A program made the translations under genes and the position numbers. A stretch of DNA of 64,000 nt, taken from Leucoraja ocellata. Its lineage: Eukaryota. This document shows positions 37,101 to 51,400 of this stretch, piece by piece. The notes beneath the pieces are model-generated. The model searched no databases. It had not been told where the DNA came from and was given only the letters and a program-made list of their open reading frames with translations. The stretch lies in assembly GCA_036785375.1 (NCBI GenBank), contig JAWMAR010000352.1, positions 2,356,001 to 2,420,000 of the forward strand, written 5' to 3'. Every line of letters starts with the position of its first letter. Position 1 is the stretch's first letter.

Positions 37101-40100
37101 TAAATTCTCCATTCAGGACCTCTTCTCTTTTTCTACCTATGTCAATGGTACGTATATGTACCACGACCTCAGGCTCCTCTCCCTCCCATTTCAGGATATC
37201 TTGGACACGTTCAGACACATCCCAGATGCTGGCACCAGGGAGGCAAACTACCATCCGGGTCTCCTGACTGCGTCCACAGAATCGCCTGTCTGGCCCTCTA
37301 ACTAAAGAGTCCCCTATTACTAATGCCCTCCTTTTCTTTTCCCTACCCTTCTGATCAACAGGGCCGTTCTCTGTACCAGAGGCCCGGCCACTGTCACTAC
37401 CCCCAGGTAGGCTGTGCCCCCCACTGGTCCTAGACTGTCCCACCAGTGGAGACATCCTCTCCACATCCACTCTATCTATGCCTTTCATTATTCTGTAAGT
37501 TTCCATGTCCCCATCTCAACCTTCTGATCTCCAGTGAGTAGAGGCTCAGTGCTGTCAAGCACTCATCATATGCTAACCCACTCATTCCTGGAATCATTCT
37601 TGTAAACATCCAATGGACCCTCCCCAGAGCCAGCACATCCTTCCTCAGATATGGGGCCCAAATCTGCTCACAACATACCAAATATGGCCTGACCAGCGCC
37701 TTATAGAGCCTCAGCATTTCGAAACAAAATGCATTTCGTTGTCTCTGTACTGTACACTGACAATGACAATTAAAATTAAATCTGAAATTGAATCTGAATC
37801 TGAATCTGAGCAGTACATCCCTGTTTTTTGTATTCCAGACCTCTTGTATTCCAGACCCCTGTGGTTCTGGACTTCCCCAACATCGGGAACATTTTTCCTG
37901 CATCTAGGTTGTCCAATCCCTTCAGAAATGTTCTATGTTTCTTTAAGAGAACCTCTCATCCTTCTAAAGTTCAGTGAATACAAGCCCAGTCAAACCATTA
38001 TTTCCTTGTATGTCAGTCCTGCCATCCCAGGAATTAACCTGCTGAACCCACGTTGCACTCCCTCAATAGCAAGAATGTGTTTCCTCAAATTAGGTGACCA
38101 AAACTGCACACAATACTCCAGGTGTGTTCTCACGAGGGACCTGTACAACTGCAGAAGGCCCACCTTGCTCCTTTTCACAAATCCTCTCGCTATGAAGGCC
38201 TACATGCCATTTGCTTTCTTCACTGCTTTCTTTCATCCACAACCACCCTTCTGTCTGTCCTGGTATTAACTTCCTCAAAGAACACCAGCAGATTTGTCAG
38301 GCAAGATCTTCCCTTCACAAAACCATGCTGACTTTGGTCCATTTTATCGTGAACTTTTAAGTACTGCGTAACCTCTTCCTTTACAATTGAATCTAAAATC
38401 TTACCAACCACGGAAGTCAGGCTAACCTGCCTATAATTGCCATTTTCTGCTTTGATCCCTTCTTGTACAACGGGATGATATTTGCAAATTACCAACCTTC
38501 ATGAACCACTCCTAACTCTAGTGATTCTTGAAATAGAGATTGTGGAGTCATTAGTTGTGATATTTCAAGATTCAAGATTCAAGATTCAAATGACAATTAA
38601 CTTGAATCTTGAATCTTGAAATATCACAACTAATGCCTCCACAATCTCTCAGGCCACCCCATTCAGAACCTTGTGGTGCAGTCCATCTGGTCCAGGTGAC
38701 TTATCCATCCTCAAATCTTTCAGTTTTCCTAGCACCTTCTCCTTAGTAATCGCCACTCCACTAACATCCACCCCCTGTCTCTCTAGGATTGCATGCACTC
38801 TGATGGTGTCCTCCACGGTGAAGACTGATGCAAAAAAGTTATTCAATTCCTTTTCCATTTCTTGACTTCTCCTGCATCATTCTCCAGCGTCCCAACGTCC
38901 ACTCTTGCCTCTTTTTTTACTCTTTAGATATCCATAGAAACTCTTGGTATCCTCTTTTACATTATTGGCCAGCTCACAATCGTACTGATGGTAGACACAA
39001 AAAAGTTGGACTAACTCAGCGGGACAGGCAGCATCTCTGGAGAGAAGGAATGGGTGACATTTTGGGTCGAGGCCCTTCTTCAGGCTGGTTAGGGATAAGG
39101 TAAACGATGGATACAGACGATGATGTAGAGAGATAAAGAACAATGAATGTAAGATCGGAGAGCAGAAGGCATCACAGAGGGGGAGCAGTGAGAGGGGATG
39201 TGGTAGAACTGCAATGTTGGGAAAGATTGCAGCAGGAACTTGATCATTGGCCAGATGAGCTGATGAATGGTTAATTAAATTTAAATCAGAGCAATGTTAG
39301 ATGTTGCAGTTTGGGACGTCTAACAAGAGCAGCACCTACACTGTAAATGGTAGGCCTGTGGGGAGTGCTGTAGAGCAGAGGGATCAAGGAGTGCAGGTGC
39401 AAAGTTCCTTGAAGGTCAAGTCACAGGTAGATCAGGTGGTCAAAAAAGCTTTTCGGCATACTGCCCTTCATCAGTCAGAGTATTGAGTATAGAAGTTGGG
39501 AGGTCATGTTGCAGTTGTATAAGACGTTGGTGATACTGCATTTAGAATATTGTGTTCAGTTCTGGGCACCATGTTACAGGAAAGATATTATCAAGCTTGA
39601 AAGGGTTAAGAGAAGATCTATGAGAATGTTGTCAGGACTAGAGGGCCTGAGCTACAGGGAGAGATTGAGCAGGCTGGGTCCCTATTCCATGGAGCACAGG
39701 TGGCTGAGGGGTGATCTTATAGAGGTGAAAAGCTCATGAGGGGAATAGATTGACACGTTTAAACTTTTGTTTGTCTTTAGATGCTCCACAAAATCTCTCA
39801 ATCACTTCCCACGACGATGCGAACAGTTCCCGGGTGATTGTAAAGGAGGGAAACTTTGCAGCGATCCTCTGCTCCGTCCAGAGTTTCCCAGCATCTAACC
39901 TGACGTGGGTACATCTCGGTGTCACGCTGAACACAACATGTTCCAGCAACGAGCTGTGGATGGAGTTCCGTCAGCTGGCACGGCAGGACGCTGGGGTCTA
40001 TCAGTGTGTGGCGGTGAATGAACACGGGACAGCAGAGAGGGATGTGACCCTCACTGTAGAATGTGAGTAGACACACACTAACACATCCCTCAAAATGTCA

Positions 40101-43100
40101 TAAGTGATAGTGGCAGAATTAGAATGTCGAATGGCCAAGTCTACTCCACCATTCAATCATGGCTGATCTATCTCTCCCTCCTAACCCCATTCTCCTGCCT
40201 TCTCATAGAGCCATAGAGTTATAGAGCCATTGATTCATAGAGTTATAGAGAGTGATACAGCTTGGCAACAGCCCAACTAGCTTTCAACAGCCTACATGTC
40301 CCAGCTACATTAGTCCCACCTGCCCATGTTTGGCTCATATCCCTCCAAACTTGTCCTAACCATGTACTTATCTGTTTCTTAAACGCTGGGATAGTCCCAG
40401 CCTCAACGACCTCCTCTGGTAACTCATTTCATACAACAACTACCCTTTGTATGAAAAAGTCACCCCCCAGGTTCGGTTTAAATCTTTTCCCCTTCACCTT
40501 GAACCTATGTTGTTTGGTCCTCGATTCACCTACTCTGGGCAAGAGACTTGGTGCATCTACCCGATCTATTCCTCTCATGATTTTAAACACCTCTATAAGA
40601 TCACCCCTCATGCTTCTGTTCTCCAAGGAAGAGAGTCCCAGCCTGCTCAACCTTTCCCTATAGCTCAGGCCCTCTAGTCCTGGCCACATCCTCATGAATC
40701 TTCTCTGCACCCTTTCCTGCTTGACAACATACTTCCTATACTTCCTCTCTCCTCTTCTAAGATAAGGAAGATTAGATAAAATTATTTGAAGCATTGTGTG
40801 CAGTCCTGGTCACCCCATTACAGGAAGGATGTGGTCAGGGTGCACAACGCTGCCTAGTTTAGAGAGTATTACCAATAAGGGGTTTTAAGGGGGGCACACA
40901 GTGGTTCAACGGTAGAGTTGCTGCCTCACAGCACCAGAGAGCCAGGTTGAATCCTCACTACGGGTGCTTGTCGGTACGGAGTTGGCAAGTTCATCCCATA
41001 ACCTACGTGGGTTTTCTTCGGGTGCTCCGGTTTCCTCCCACACTCCAAAGATATACAGGTGTGCAGGTTAATTGGCTTGGTATATTTGTAAATTGTCCCT
41101 AGTATGTGCAGGATAGTATATGTGTGGGGATCGCTGGTCAGCGTGGACACGGTGGGCCGAAGGGCCTGTTTCCGCGCTGTATCTCTAAACTAAAATAAAG
41201 AAGAGGTTGGATAGACTTTCTCTGGAGTTCATGTTCATAAGTGATGGGAGCACAATAAGGCCATTCGGCCCATCAAGTCTACTCTGCCATTCGATCATGG
41301 CTGATCTATTTCTCCCTCCCCTGCCCCATTCCCCTGCCTTCACCCCATAACCTCTGACACCCGTACTAATCAAGAATCTATCTATCTCTGCCTTAAATAT
41401 AACCACTGACTTGGCCTCCACTGCCGTCTGTGACAAATAATTCCACAGATTCACCACTGTTCAAAGGCCGAACGGAGACCTGATAGAAATATATAAAACT
41501 ATGAGTTGCATTGAGAAGGTAGACAGTCAGAATCTTTTTCACATGGTGCAAATGTCAAGGTTGAGAGGGCAGAGCTTTAAGGTGAGAGGGGAAAATTGTA
41601 AAGGAGATGTGCAGGGCAACGTTTACAATACGATACGACACTATAGAACTTTATATATCCCTGGAGAGAACTAAATACACAAAATACACAAACACAAAAT
41701 ACTTTAAATATGAAATTAAAGTGACGAGTGGAAAGGCTTGGGGGCTGTGCAAAGATTACGTGGGAGGGAGGTGGTGGGGAGGCAAGTCAGTCTCAGTCTA
41801 CACTTCGACAGAAGGGGGAGGAGTTGTACAGTTTGATAGCCACAGGGAAGAAGGATCTCCTGTGGCGTTCTGTCCTGCATCTTGGTGGAACCAGTCTGTT
41901 GCTGAAGGTGCTCCTCAGGTTGACCAATGTGTCATGGAGGGGGTGAGCTGTATTGTCCAGAATGCTCCACAGTTTGAGGAGCATCCTCCCCTCCAAGACC
42001 AACCTCCCGTGAACCCAACTCCGCCCCCAGAACGAAGTCGACCTTCCTGATGAACTTGTTGATCCCATTGGTGTCTGCAGCCTTCGCCCTGTTGCCCCGG
42101 CACACGGCAGCGAAGAAGATGGCACTGGCCACCACCGTTAGTAGAACATCTGCAGCTTCTTGCTGCAGATGTTGAAGGAGCGGAGCCTTTTCAGAAAGCT
42201 CTTGTACAGAGCCTCAGAGTTCTTGGATCAGTCCTGTTTACTGATGATAGACACAAAATGCTGGAGCAGCCAAAAATGCTGTAGAAACAATAGACAATGG
42301 ACAATAGACAATAGGTGTAGGAGTAGGCCATTTGGCCCTTTGAGCCAGCATCGCCATTCAATGTGATCATAATAATAATAATAATAATAATAAGTTTATT
42401 TATATAGCACATTTATAGTCAATTTTCATTGACCCCAAAGTGCTTTACATAATGTAAAAATCAGTTCCATACAAAGCATAAAGATGGGTTAACAAAATAA
42501 TAAAATGCATAAACAGGACACAACATGTAACATAAACATCCACCACAGCATTCATCACTGTGGTGGAAGGCACAAAAGATTTTGGCCGTCCTCCTCCATT
42601 TCCCCCCCCCCCCCGTGGACAAGATCATGGCTGATCATCCCCATCAGTACCCCGTTCCTTCCTTCTCCCCATATCCCATGTCTCCGCTATTTTTAAGAGC
42701 CCTATCTAGCTCTCTCTTGAAAGTATCCAGAGAACCTGCCTCCACCGCCCTCTGAGGCAGAAAATTCCACAGACTCACAACTCTCTGTGAGAAAAAGTGT
42801 TTCCTCGTCTAATTTCAAAATGGCTTACTCCTTATTCTTAAACTGTGGCCCCTGGTTCTGGACTCCCCCAACACCAGGAACATGTTTCCTGCCTCTAGTG
42901 TGTCCAAGCCCTTAACAATCTTATATGTTTCAATGAGATGCCCTCTCATCCTTCTTAACTCCAGAGTGTACAAGCCCAGCTGTTCCATTCTGTCAGCATA
43001 TGACAGTCCCGCCATCCCGGGGATTAACCTTGTAACCCTACGCTGCACTCCCTCAATAGCAAGAATGTCATTCCTCAAATTACGGGACCAAAACTGCACG

Positions 43101-46100
43101 CAATACCCCAGGTGTGGTCTCACTAGGGCTCTGTACAACTGCAGAAGGTCCTCTTTGCTCCTATATTCGATTCCTCTTGTTATAAAGGCCAACATGCCAT
43201 TCGCTTTCTTCACTGCCTGCTGTACCTGCATGCTTACTGATGTTTTAGGACCCCCAGATCCCATTGTACTTCTCCTTTTCCCAACTTGACACCATTTAGA
43301 TAGTAATCTCCCTTCCTGTTTTTGCTACCAAAGTGGATAACCCCACATTTATCTGCATTAAACTTAATCTGGATGCATCTGCCCACTCCCCCAACCTGTC
43401 CTAGCCACCCTGCATTCTCATGGCATCCTCCTCGCAGTTCACACTGCCACCCAGCTTTGTGTTATCTGCAAATTTGCTAATGTTACTTTGAATCCCTTCA
43501 TCCAAATCATTGATGTATATTGTAAATAGCTGCGGTCCCAGCACCGAGCCTTGCGGTACCCCACTAGTCACTGCCTGCCATTCTGAAAGGGACCCATTAA
43601 TCCCTACTCTTTGTTTCCTGTCTGCCAACCACTTCTCTATCCATGTCAGCACTCTACCCCAATACCATGTGCCCTAATTTTACCTACTAATCTCGTATGT
43701 GGGACCTTAGTTGAGTATGTGTTTTGTTACTTATTCTATGTTATGTTATGACTGCAGGCTAAACCATTTAGTTGCACTGAATGACAATAAAATTGAATCT
43801 GAATCTGAATCAAATGCTTTTTGAAAGTCCAGGTACACTACATCCACTGGCCCTCCCTTGTCCATTTTCTGAGTTTCATCTTCAAACAATTCCAGAAGAT
43901 TAGTCAAGTCAAACTCAGCGGGTGAGGCAGCATCTATGGAGCGAAGGAAATAGGCAACGTTTCGGGTCGAGACCCTTCTTTAGACTGATGTGAGTGTAGG
44001 GCGGGGCGGGAAGAAGAAAGGAAGAGGGCTGTGGGAGAACTGTGGGCTGAGGGAGAACTGGGAAGGTAAGGGGAAATCTGGGACTACCTGAAATTAGAGG
44101 TCAATGTTCATACCGCTGGGGTGTAAACTGCCCAAGCGAAATATGAGGTGCTGCTCCTCCAATTTATGGTGGGCCTAACTCTGGCCATGGAAGAAGCCCA
44201 GGACAGAAAGGTCGGATTCAGAATGTGAGGAAGAGTTGAAGTGCTGAGCCACTGGGAGATCAGGTTGGTTATTGCAATGCTGGAGAAACTCAGCGGGACA
44301 GGCAGCATCGCTGGAGGGAAGGAATAGGTGACATTTTGGGGCGAGGCCTTTCTTCAGGCTGATGATATTTATATAAGGTTGTACTCCCTGGTAAACTGTT
44401 TAACAATGGAGAGCATCTGCAACACACTGCCAAGGGCAGTGATGGAGGCAGATAGGACAGTTCCTTCTCTCCAGAGATGCTGCCTGTCCCGCTGAGTTTA
44501 ATCCAGCATTTTGTGTTTGATCTCCTAGAAACATAGAAAAATAGGTGCAGGAGTAGGCCATTCAACCCTTCAAGCCAGCACCACCATTCAATATGATCTT
44601 GGCTGATCTACTAAAATCAGTACCCCCGAGTCCTGATTTTTCCCCATCCCTTGATTCATTTAGTCCTAAGTGCTAAATCTAACTCTCTTGAAAAAGGTCC
44701 AGTGAATTGGACTCCACTGCCTTCTGTGGCAGATAATTGCAGATTCACAACTCTCTCGTGTCTTGTTCCTCCCTCTCCAGATGCGCCAGTGATTTCCCGG
44801 GATTCGGGATGCACTCACACACCTGAGAGTGTCACCTGTGTGTGCGCGGCCAGGTACAACCCACCCGGAGAGCTCACCTGGCGCCTTCCCCTCGCCAACC
44901 TCAGCGGAAATCAAACTCACGGACATCTCCACACCTGGCAGGTGGCAAGCGGGCATCTGGTGAATGGCTCCCTCACTCTGAGATGGGGTGGGGGAGGAGA
45001 GGACGTGACGGCCGTCTGCTCAGTCCGAAACCGGCACGGGGAAGCCATGTTCACAGTGTATCTGTGGACGGAAGGTGAGGACATTTATGGGCGAGGGAAG
45101 TCAGAGAGCCAGAGGGTCATACTGTAATGGCCATTTCTAACTTTTACAATGTCCAACTTTCCATTGCCATTACTACACAGGTAAGTAGGAGTGATCTTGC
45201 ACAGACCAAAACAGAACAGATCTTCCAGTCATTCTTTATTGAAGTAGTTGTACAAACAAAGTGATGAATGTACCACTTTATTCCCTTTATTCTCATACAA
45301 GTTGTAACTTCCTGTCCTCCCGATCTGTGTGAACTGTGTACCCTCCACCTCCTGTAGCTGGTCTGAATCACTCCCTGTCCACTAAGCCCATGTGTTACAC
45401 CCCTCCATTCATCAAATGACCGCCTCTATGTGTCCAAAATAATAGTGCTAGAAATATCTAGACAAACTAATATAATATGCCAACAGCAGCTGGCCGAAAC
45501 ATAAATGGCTCCTACACATACCATGTGGAAACAGCCCCTTCGGCCCAACTTGCCCACACCAACCAACATGTCGCACCTACACCAGTCCCACCTGCCTGCA
45601 TTTGGCCCATACCCCTGCAAACCTGACCTCATCGTGTTCCTGTCTAATTCTCCAGTGCTGGCAACATTCTCATTAATGAACATGTTGTTCATTACACAAC
45701 ACTAAGGGTGTTGTGTAATGAACCGGATTTCATAAGGGAACTCGAGGTAAAGGAGCCATTAGGAGGTAGTGACCATAATATGTTTTAATCTGCAATTTGA
45801 GAGGGAGAAGGGAAAATCAGAAATGTCAGTATTACAGTTGAACAAAGGAGACTATGGAGCCATGAGGGAGGAGCTGACCAAAGTTGACTGGAAAGATACC
45901 CTGGCAGGGATGACAGTGGAACAACAATGGCAGGTATTTCTGGGAATAATACAGAAGTTGCAGGATCAGTTAATTCCAAAGAGAAAGAAAGATTCCAAGG
46001 GGAGTAAGGGGCGACCGTGGCTGACAAGGGAAGTCAGGGAGAGTATAAAAATAGAAGAGAAGAAGTATAACATTGCAAAGATGTTGAAGTGACTGCAGCA

Positions 46101-48422
46101 GGTTGGGTGAGTGGGCGGATGCATGGAAGATGCAGTTTAATGCAGATAAATGTGAGGTTATCCTCTTTGGTGGCAAAAACAGGAAGGCAGATTATTATCT
46201 GAATGGTGTCAAGTTGGGAAAAGGGGAAGTACAAAGAGATCTTGTTCACCAGGCACTGAAAGTAAACATGCAGGTACAGCAAGCAGCGAAGAACGCCAAT
46301 GGCATGCTGGCCTTCATTACAAGAGGAGTTGAATATAGGAGCAAAGAGGTCCTTCTACAGATGTACAGGGTCCTGGTGAGACCACACCTGGAGTATTGTG
46401 TGCAGTTTTCTTCTCCAAATTTGAGAAAAGACATTCTTGCTATTGAGGGAGTGCAGCGCAGTTTCACAAAGTTAATTCCCAGGATGGCAGGACAGTCATA
46501 GGTTGATAGGATGAAGCGGCTGGGCTTGTAGACACTGGAATTCAGAAGGATGAGAAGGGATCTTATTGAAACATATAGGATTATTGAAGGGATTGGACAC
46601 ACTAGAGTCAGGAAACATGTTCTTGTTGCGGGAGTGCACAAGGGGCCACAGTTTAAGAATAAGGGTAGGCCATTTAAAACAGAGATGAGGTAAAACTTTT
46701 TTACCTAGAGAATTGTGAATCTGTGGAATTCTTTGCTTCGGAAAGCAGTGGAGGCCAATTCTCTGGATGCTTTCAAGAGTTAGATAGAGATAGCGGAGAA
46801 AAGGGATATGGTGAGAAGGCAGGAACGGGGTACTGAATGTGGATGATTAGCCATGATCACATTGAATGGCAGTGCTGGCTCGAAGGGCTGAATGGCCTAC
46901 TCCTGCACCTATTGTCTATTGTCATGAATCTTCTCTGCACTCTTTCCAGCTTCCTTCCTAGAGCAGTGTGACTAAAACTGGACGCAATACCTCAAATGCG
47001 GTCTCACCAACGTCTTGCACAACAACTAGAATCTAACATCTGCAGCAGGCAAGATATCATTGAGTCATAGAGGCACATCGCATGAAAACAGGCCCATATC
47101 CGTCTAAACATCCTCTCATGGAGTTATAGTGATACATTGTGGAAACAGGCCCTTTGGCCCAACTTGCCCTCACCAGCCAACATGCCCCAGCTACACTAGT
47201 CCCACCTGCCTGTGCTTGGTCCATATCCCTGCAAACCAGACCTATCCATGTACCTGTATAACTGTTTCGTAAATGTTGGGATAATCCCTGCCTCAACGAC
47301 CTCCTCTGGCAGCACATTCCATACACCCATAACTGTGCGAAAAAGTTACCCCTTAGATTCCTATTAAATCTTTTCCCCCTCACCTTAAACCTATGTTCTC
47401 TGGTGTTCAATTCCCTTACTCTGGGCAAGAAACTATGTGCATCTGACCAATCTAATCCCCTCATGATTTATACATTACTATAAGACTACGTTACAGTTTA
47501 GTTTATTGTCATGTTTACCGAGCCAGTGAAAAGCTTTTGTTGTGTGCTAACCAGTCAGTGTACAGACCATACATGATTACAATCTAGCTGTTTATAATGT
47601 TTAGATACATGATAAGGGAATAATGTTTAGTGCAAGGTAAAGGCAGCAAAGTCCGATCAAGGATAAACTGAGGGTCACCAATAAGGTAGATTAACACTGT
47701 TCAACACTGCTCTCTGGTTGTGGTGAGATGGTTCAAGGTGTATCTGTGGTTCGTTTAGTTCAGTTTAGCTTATTGTCACGTGTACCGAGGTACAGTGAAA
47801 AGCTTTAGTTGCGTGCTAACCGCAAGAAATAGCATAAAGTTGTGGATACAGCCCACACCATCGCACAAACCAACCTCCCTACCATCGACTCCATCTACCC
47901 ATCACGCTGTCTCGACAAGGCCAGCAACATAATCAAGGACCAGTCTCACCCCGGCCACTCTTCTCGTGGGCGGAAATCGGTTTTAAAACATGGGGGGGAC
48001 ACACTTTCCTGGAGGCCCGATGACAAGACAATGTCTACGACAAGCTACACCTAGTCGACATCAAGCTACGGAAACTGCCGACAACCGGCGACCCATTCGG
48101 ACGTCCACCTACAACCACACCTACGACAACCTACGACCACACAGGCGACAACCTACGACAACTGAAGTCAACTTATGTCCACGACCATATCGGCGACAAC
48201 TGAAGACATCTGGATAATTCAGTCGCCAGCACCTGTCGCCGGTTGACGTAGGTAGTCGCCAATGGAATTCACTAGTCAGCACCGGTGTAAACCTACATCA
48301 TCCTGGCGACAACCTATGACAGCACCTACGTCAGAAGACAAGCTACGATCATAGAAAGAGAGAGAGAGAGAGAGAGGTAGAGAGGCACAGAGAGAGGTAG
48401 AGAGAGGCAGAGAGCAGCAGAG

Positions 48423-48457
<35 letters not shown>

Positions 48458-51400
48458 CAGGGAGATCTGTCCCTCTTGCACACTGGTGTGAAAACACACA
48501 CCTCCAGATTCAGGGACAGTTTCTTCCCGGCTGTTATCAGGCAACTGAACCATTCTACCACAATTAGGGAGCAGTCCTGAACTACTATCTACCTCATTGG
48601 TGACCGTCGGACTATCTTTGATCAGACTTTGCTGGCTTTACCTTGCACTAAACATTATTCCCTTTATTATCCTGTATCTGTACACTGTGGACAGCTCAAT
48701 TGTAATCATGTATTGCCTTTCTACTGACTGGGTAACACACCACAAAAGCTTTTCACTGTACCTCGTTACACGTGACAATAAATTAAACTGTTAAAACTGA
48801 AAACACACCTCTGGTTGTTCTTACAGGTAAAGGCCTCAGTGTTTGGATGGCAGTTTTGCCTACAGCAGGAATAATACTGATCGCTGAGCTAGCTGGATTC
48901 TTCATCTACAAGTATATACTGCGGTAAGTTTAAATAAATCCACATTTTTCAGATTCAGATACAGATTCAAACTTTATTGTCATTGTGCAGTGTACAGTAC
49001 AGAGACAACGAGATGCAGTTAGCATCTCCCCAGAAGAGCGAACATAGAATATGAGCAATAAATATATATACGTACATACAGTAGCAGTAGTGCAATGTTT
49101 CTGGGGGAAGGAATGTCCGGGGGGGGTGACTGGCAATCACCGAGGTACAGAGTTAAGTAATGTAACAGCCGCAGGGAAGAAGCTGTTCCTGGACCTGCTG
49201 GTCCGGCAATGGAGAGACCTGTAGCGCCTCCCAGATGGTAGGAGGGTAAACAGTCTGTGGCTGGGGTGAGAGCAGTCTTTGACAATGCTGCGCGCCCTTT
49301 GCAGACATCGCTTGCTTTGGACAGACTCAATGGAGGGGAGTGAGGAACCGGTGATGCGTTGGGCAGTTTTCACCACCCTCTGCAGTGCTTTCTGTTCAGA
49401 GACAGAACAGTTGCCATACCATACTGTGATACAGTTGGTAAGGAAGCTCTCGATGGTGCAGCGGTAGAAGTTCACCAGAATCTGAGGGGACAGATAGACC
49501 TTCTTTAGTCTCCTCAGGAAGAAGAGACGCTGGTGAGCCTTCTTGACCAGAGTTGAGGTATTGTGGGTCCAAGAGAGGTCATCGGAGATGTTGACCCCCA
49601 GAAACCTGAAGCTGGAGACACGTTCCACCTCCGTCCCGTTAATGTGGATGGGGGTGTGCGTGCCGCCCCTAGACCTTCTGAAGTTTACAATGAGCTCCTT
49701 GGTCATCCTGGAGTTAAGGGCCAGGTTGTTGTCAGCGCACCATGCTGCTAGGAGCTGGACCTGCTCCCTATAGGCCGACTCATCGTTGTTGCTGATGAGG
49801 CCAATCACCGTTGTATCTGCATACTTGATGATGGTGTTAGTACCATGTACAGGTGTGCAGTCATAGATGAAGAGGGAGTAGAGGAGGGAGCTCAGCACAC
49901 AGCCCTGTGGAACTCCGGTGCTCAGGGTGAGGGTTGAAGAGGTGTGCTTGTCTAACCTAACAGACTGGGGTCTGTTGGTTAGAAAGTCCAGTATCCAGTT
50001 GCAGAGGGAGGGGTCGATGCCCAGGTCGCTGAGTTTGGTGATCAGTTTTGAGGGTATAATGGTGTTGAATGCTGAGCTATAATCGATGAACAGCATTCTT
50101 ACGTAGGTGTCTCTGTTGTCGAGGTGGGAGAGGGCGGAGTGAAGTGCCATTGAGATGACATCCTCCGTACTTCTGTTCTTGCGGTAGGCGTACTGATTGG
50201 GTTCCAGTGTGGGAGGTAGGCAGCCTTTGAGCCTTCCAAATCCATCTCTTTGTCATCTGCTTATGACTGCTTCTGCCAGGCTAACTCCTGTTCACAGACA
50301 CAAAGTGCTGGAGTAACTCAGCGGGTCAGGTAGCATCTCTGGAGAACATGGACAGGTACAAAGTGCTGGAGTAACTCAGCGGGTCAGGCAGCATCTCTGG
50401 AGAACATGGACAGGTACAAAGTGCTGGAGTAACTCAGCGGGTCAGGCAGCATCTCTGGGGATTAAGGAACAGGTGACATTTCGAGTCGGGACCTTCTTCA
50501 GACTGAATGGTTGAGAAAGTCAGAACAAATCAGAGCCAGCGACAGATAACCTTTGGACTGTTGGGAGCCATTTTGGGCCCCATATCTGAGGGAGGATGTG
50601 CTGGTTCTGGAGAGGGTCCAAAGGAGGCTTACAAGAATGATTAACACATGATGAGCATTTGACACTCACTGGGCCTGTACTCACTGGAGTTTAGAAGGAT
50701 GAGGGGGTACCTCATTGAAATTTAATGAATAGTGAATCGCCTGAATAAAATGGATGTGGAGAGGATGTTTCCACTAGTGGGAGAGTGAGTCTAGGACCAG
50801 AGGCCACAGCCTTAGAATTAAAGGACTACCGTTAGGAACATTAGGAGTAGGAATTTCTTCAGTCATAGGGTGGTGAATCTGTGGAATTCTTTGCCACAGA
50901 AGGCTGTGGAGGACAAGCCAATCGAAATCGAAATCAGGAGTGATATTGTTGAACCCCTGGTTAAATTTGATAAGACTTGGGGAAAATTTATTCAACACTT
51001 TCATACAACATAAATTGCTCCCTCTCTAACCGTTATAAAAACTATTTTACCTCTAGTCAAGTCAAGTTTATTTGTCACATTCACATACGAGATGTGCAGT
51101 GAAATGAAAGTGGCAATGCTCGCGGACTTTTGTGCAAAAGAAAAACAACAAAACAACCAAACATTTTATAAACACAATCATAACACACATATTCTTTTAC
51201 ATAATAAATAATGGAAGGAAAAACGTTCTGTAGAGTTAGTCCCTGGTGAGATAGGCGTTTACAGTCCGAATTGCCTCTGGGAAGAAACTCCTTCTCAACC
51301 TCTCCGTTCTCACCGCATGGCAAGGAGGCGTTTGCCTGACCTTAGCAGCTGCAACAGTCCATTGCAGGGGTGGAAGGGGTCTCCCATGATTTTATTTGCT

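Larger units (their letters stand above)
30332..37410 (-). mobile_element. Older near-full-length CR1 (ORF1 esterase remnant at 36844-37410, decayed ORF2), host to several nested insertions
   Basis: ORF1 motifs VIGDSLVRG and CLPGA; ORF2 sequence is continuous across the nested CR1 (ttttatgttcc|ctgccagttttc). Confidence 0.82.

Noticed and set aside
47990-48350. acgacaacct-rich repeat as a coding or regulatory array
   Set aside because: Looks like an internal MITE fragment; termini not identifiable.
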